Assembly (NCBI GenBank): GCA_024407725.1
Contig: JAKSVZ010000020.1
Coordinates: 1-11,837 of the forward strand
Reading direction: 5' to 3'
Length of the DNA: 11,837 nt
Source: Opitutales bacterium
GTDB taxonomy: Bacteria; Verrucomicrobiota; Verrucomicrobiia; Opitutales; UBA9783
Shown here: piece by piece, positions 11,771 through 11,837 of the stretch
Layout: every line of letters starts with the position of its first letter
How positions within the stretch are numbered: position 1 is the stretch's first letter
Made by a program: the position numbers and the translations under genes
Notes under the pieces: generated by a model
The model's database searches: none
Told to the model about the DNA's origin: nothing
What the model saw: only the letters and a program-made list of their open reading frames with translations

Positions 11771-11837
11771 TGGTTAGAATCGTTAGGAGTAGGCATTTTA
11801 GCAGCGTGCTTGCTACCATTATACTTTTATCAAAAGA
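11753..11837 (+). CDS. Possible 5' end of a membrane or secreted protein, truncated by the window edge
   Basis: ATG 11753 opens MKIFRFWLESLGVGILAACLLPLYFYQK, a hydrophobic, signal/TM-like segment, and the frame stays open to the window end. Only 28 codons are visible, and the start codon sits inside the terminator stem. Confidence 0.25.
   Translation, partial: MKIFRFWLESLGVGILAACLLPLYFYQK

Overview
This 11.8-kb window reads as a chromosomal segment from a Chlamydiae-like (PVC) bacterium. That assignment is an inference from a stand-alone type III secretion secretin and CesT-like chaperone sitting among housekeeping genes, and I cannot verify it here. Gene order, left to right: a 358-aa accessory ORF (-) with an Abi_C/HEPN-like C-terminus; a 766-bp non-coding region (1145-1910); uppP (+); thiD and thiE (-, one operon); a thymidine-phosphorylase-family protein with degenerate catalytic motifs (+); a DUF721/DciA-like ORF (+); an 80-aa ORF (-); hisS (-); a gamma-carbonic-anhydrase-like hexapeptide protein (-); sctC (-); the chaperone (-); rplM-rpsI (+); and a possible truncated ORF at the right edge. 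The part worth a second look is the left 1.9 kb. The non-coding region holds three tandem, diverged modules, with CTTGAC motifs starting at 1249, 1461 and 1682. Each module is built on CTTGA(C)/GTCAAG inverted arms whose extensions differ between modules but stay complementary within a module. Modules 2 and 3 share a conserved core of about 50 nt. Promoter-like hexamers occur on both strands, a candidate terminator follows module 3, and imperfect direct repeats bracket the array. The array lies directly upstream of the Abi/HEPN-like ORF, so a protein-plus-structured-RNA (defence or toxin-antitoxin-like) unit is a testable hypothesis and nothing more. All functional calls rest on motifs read by eye and family consensus recalled from memory; no searches were run.
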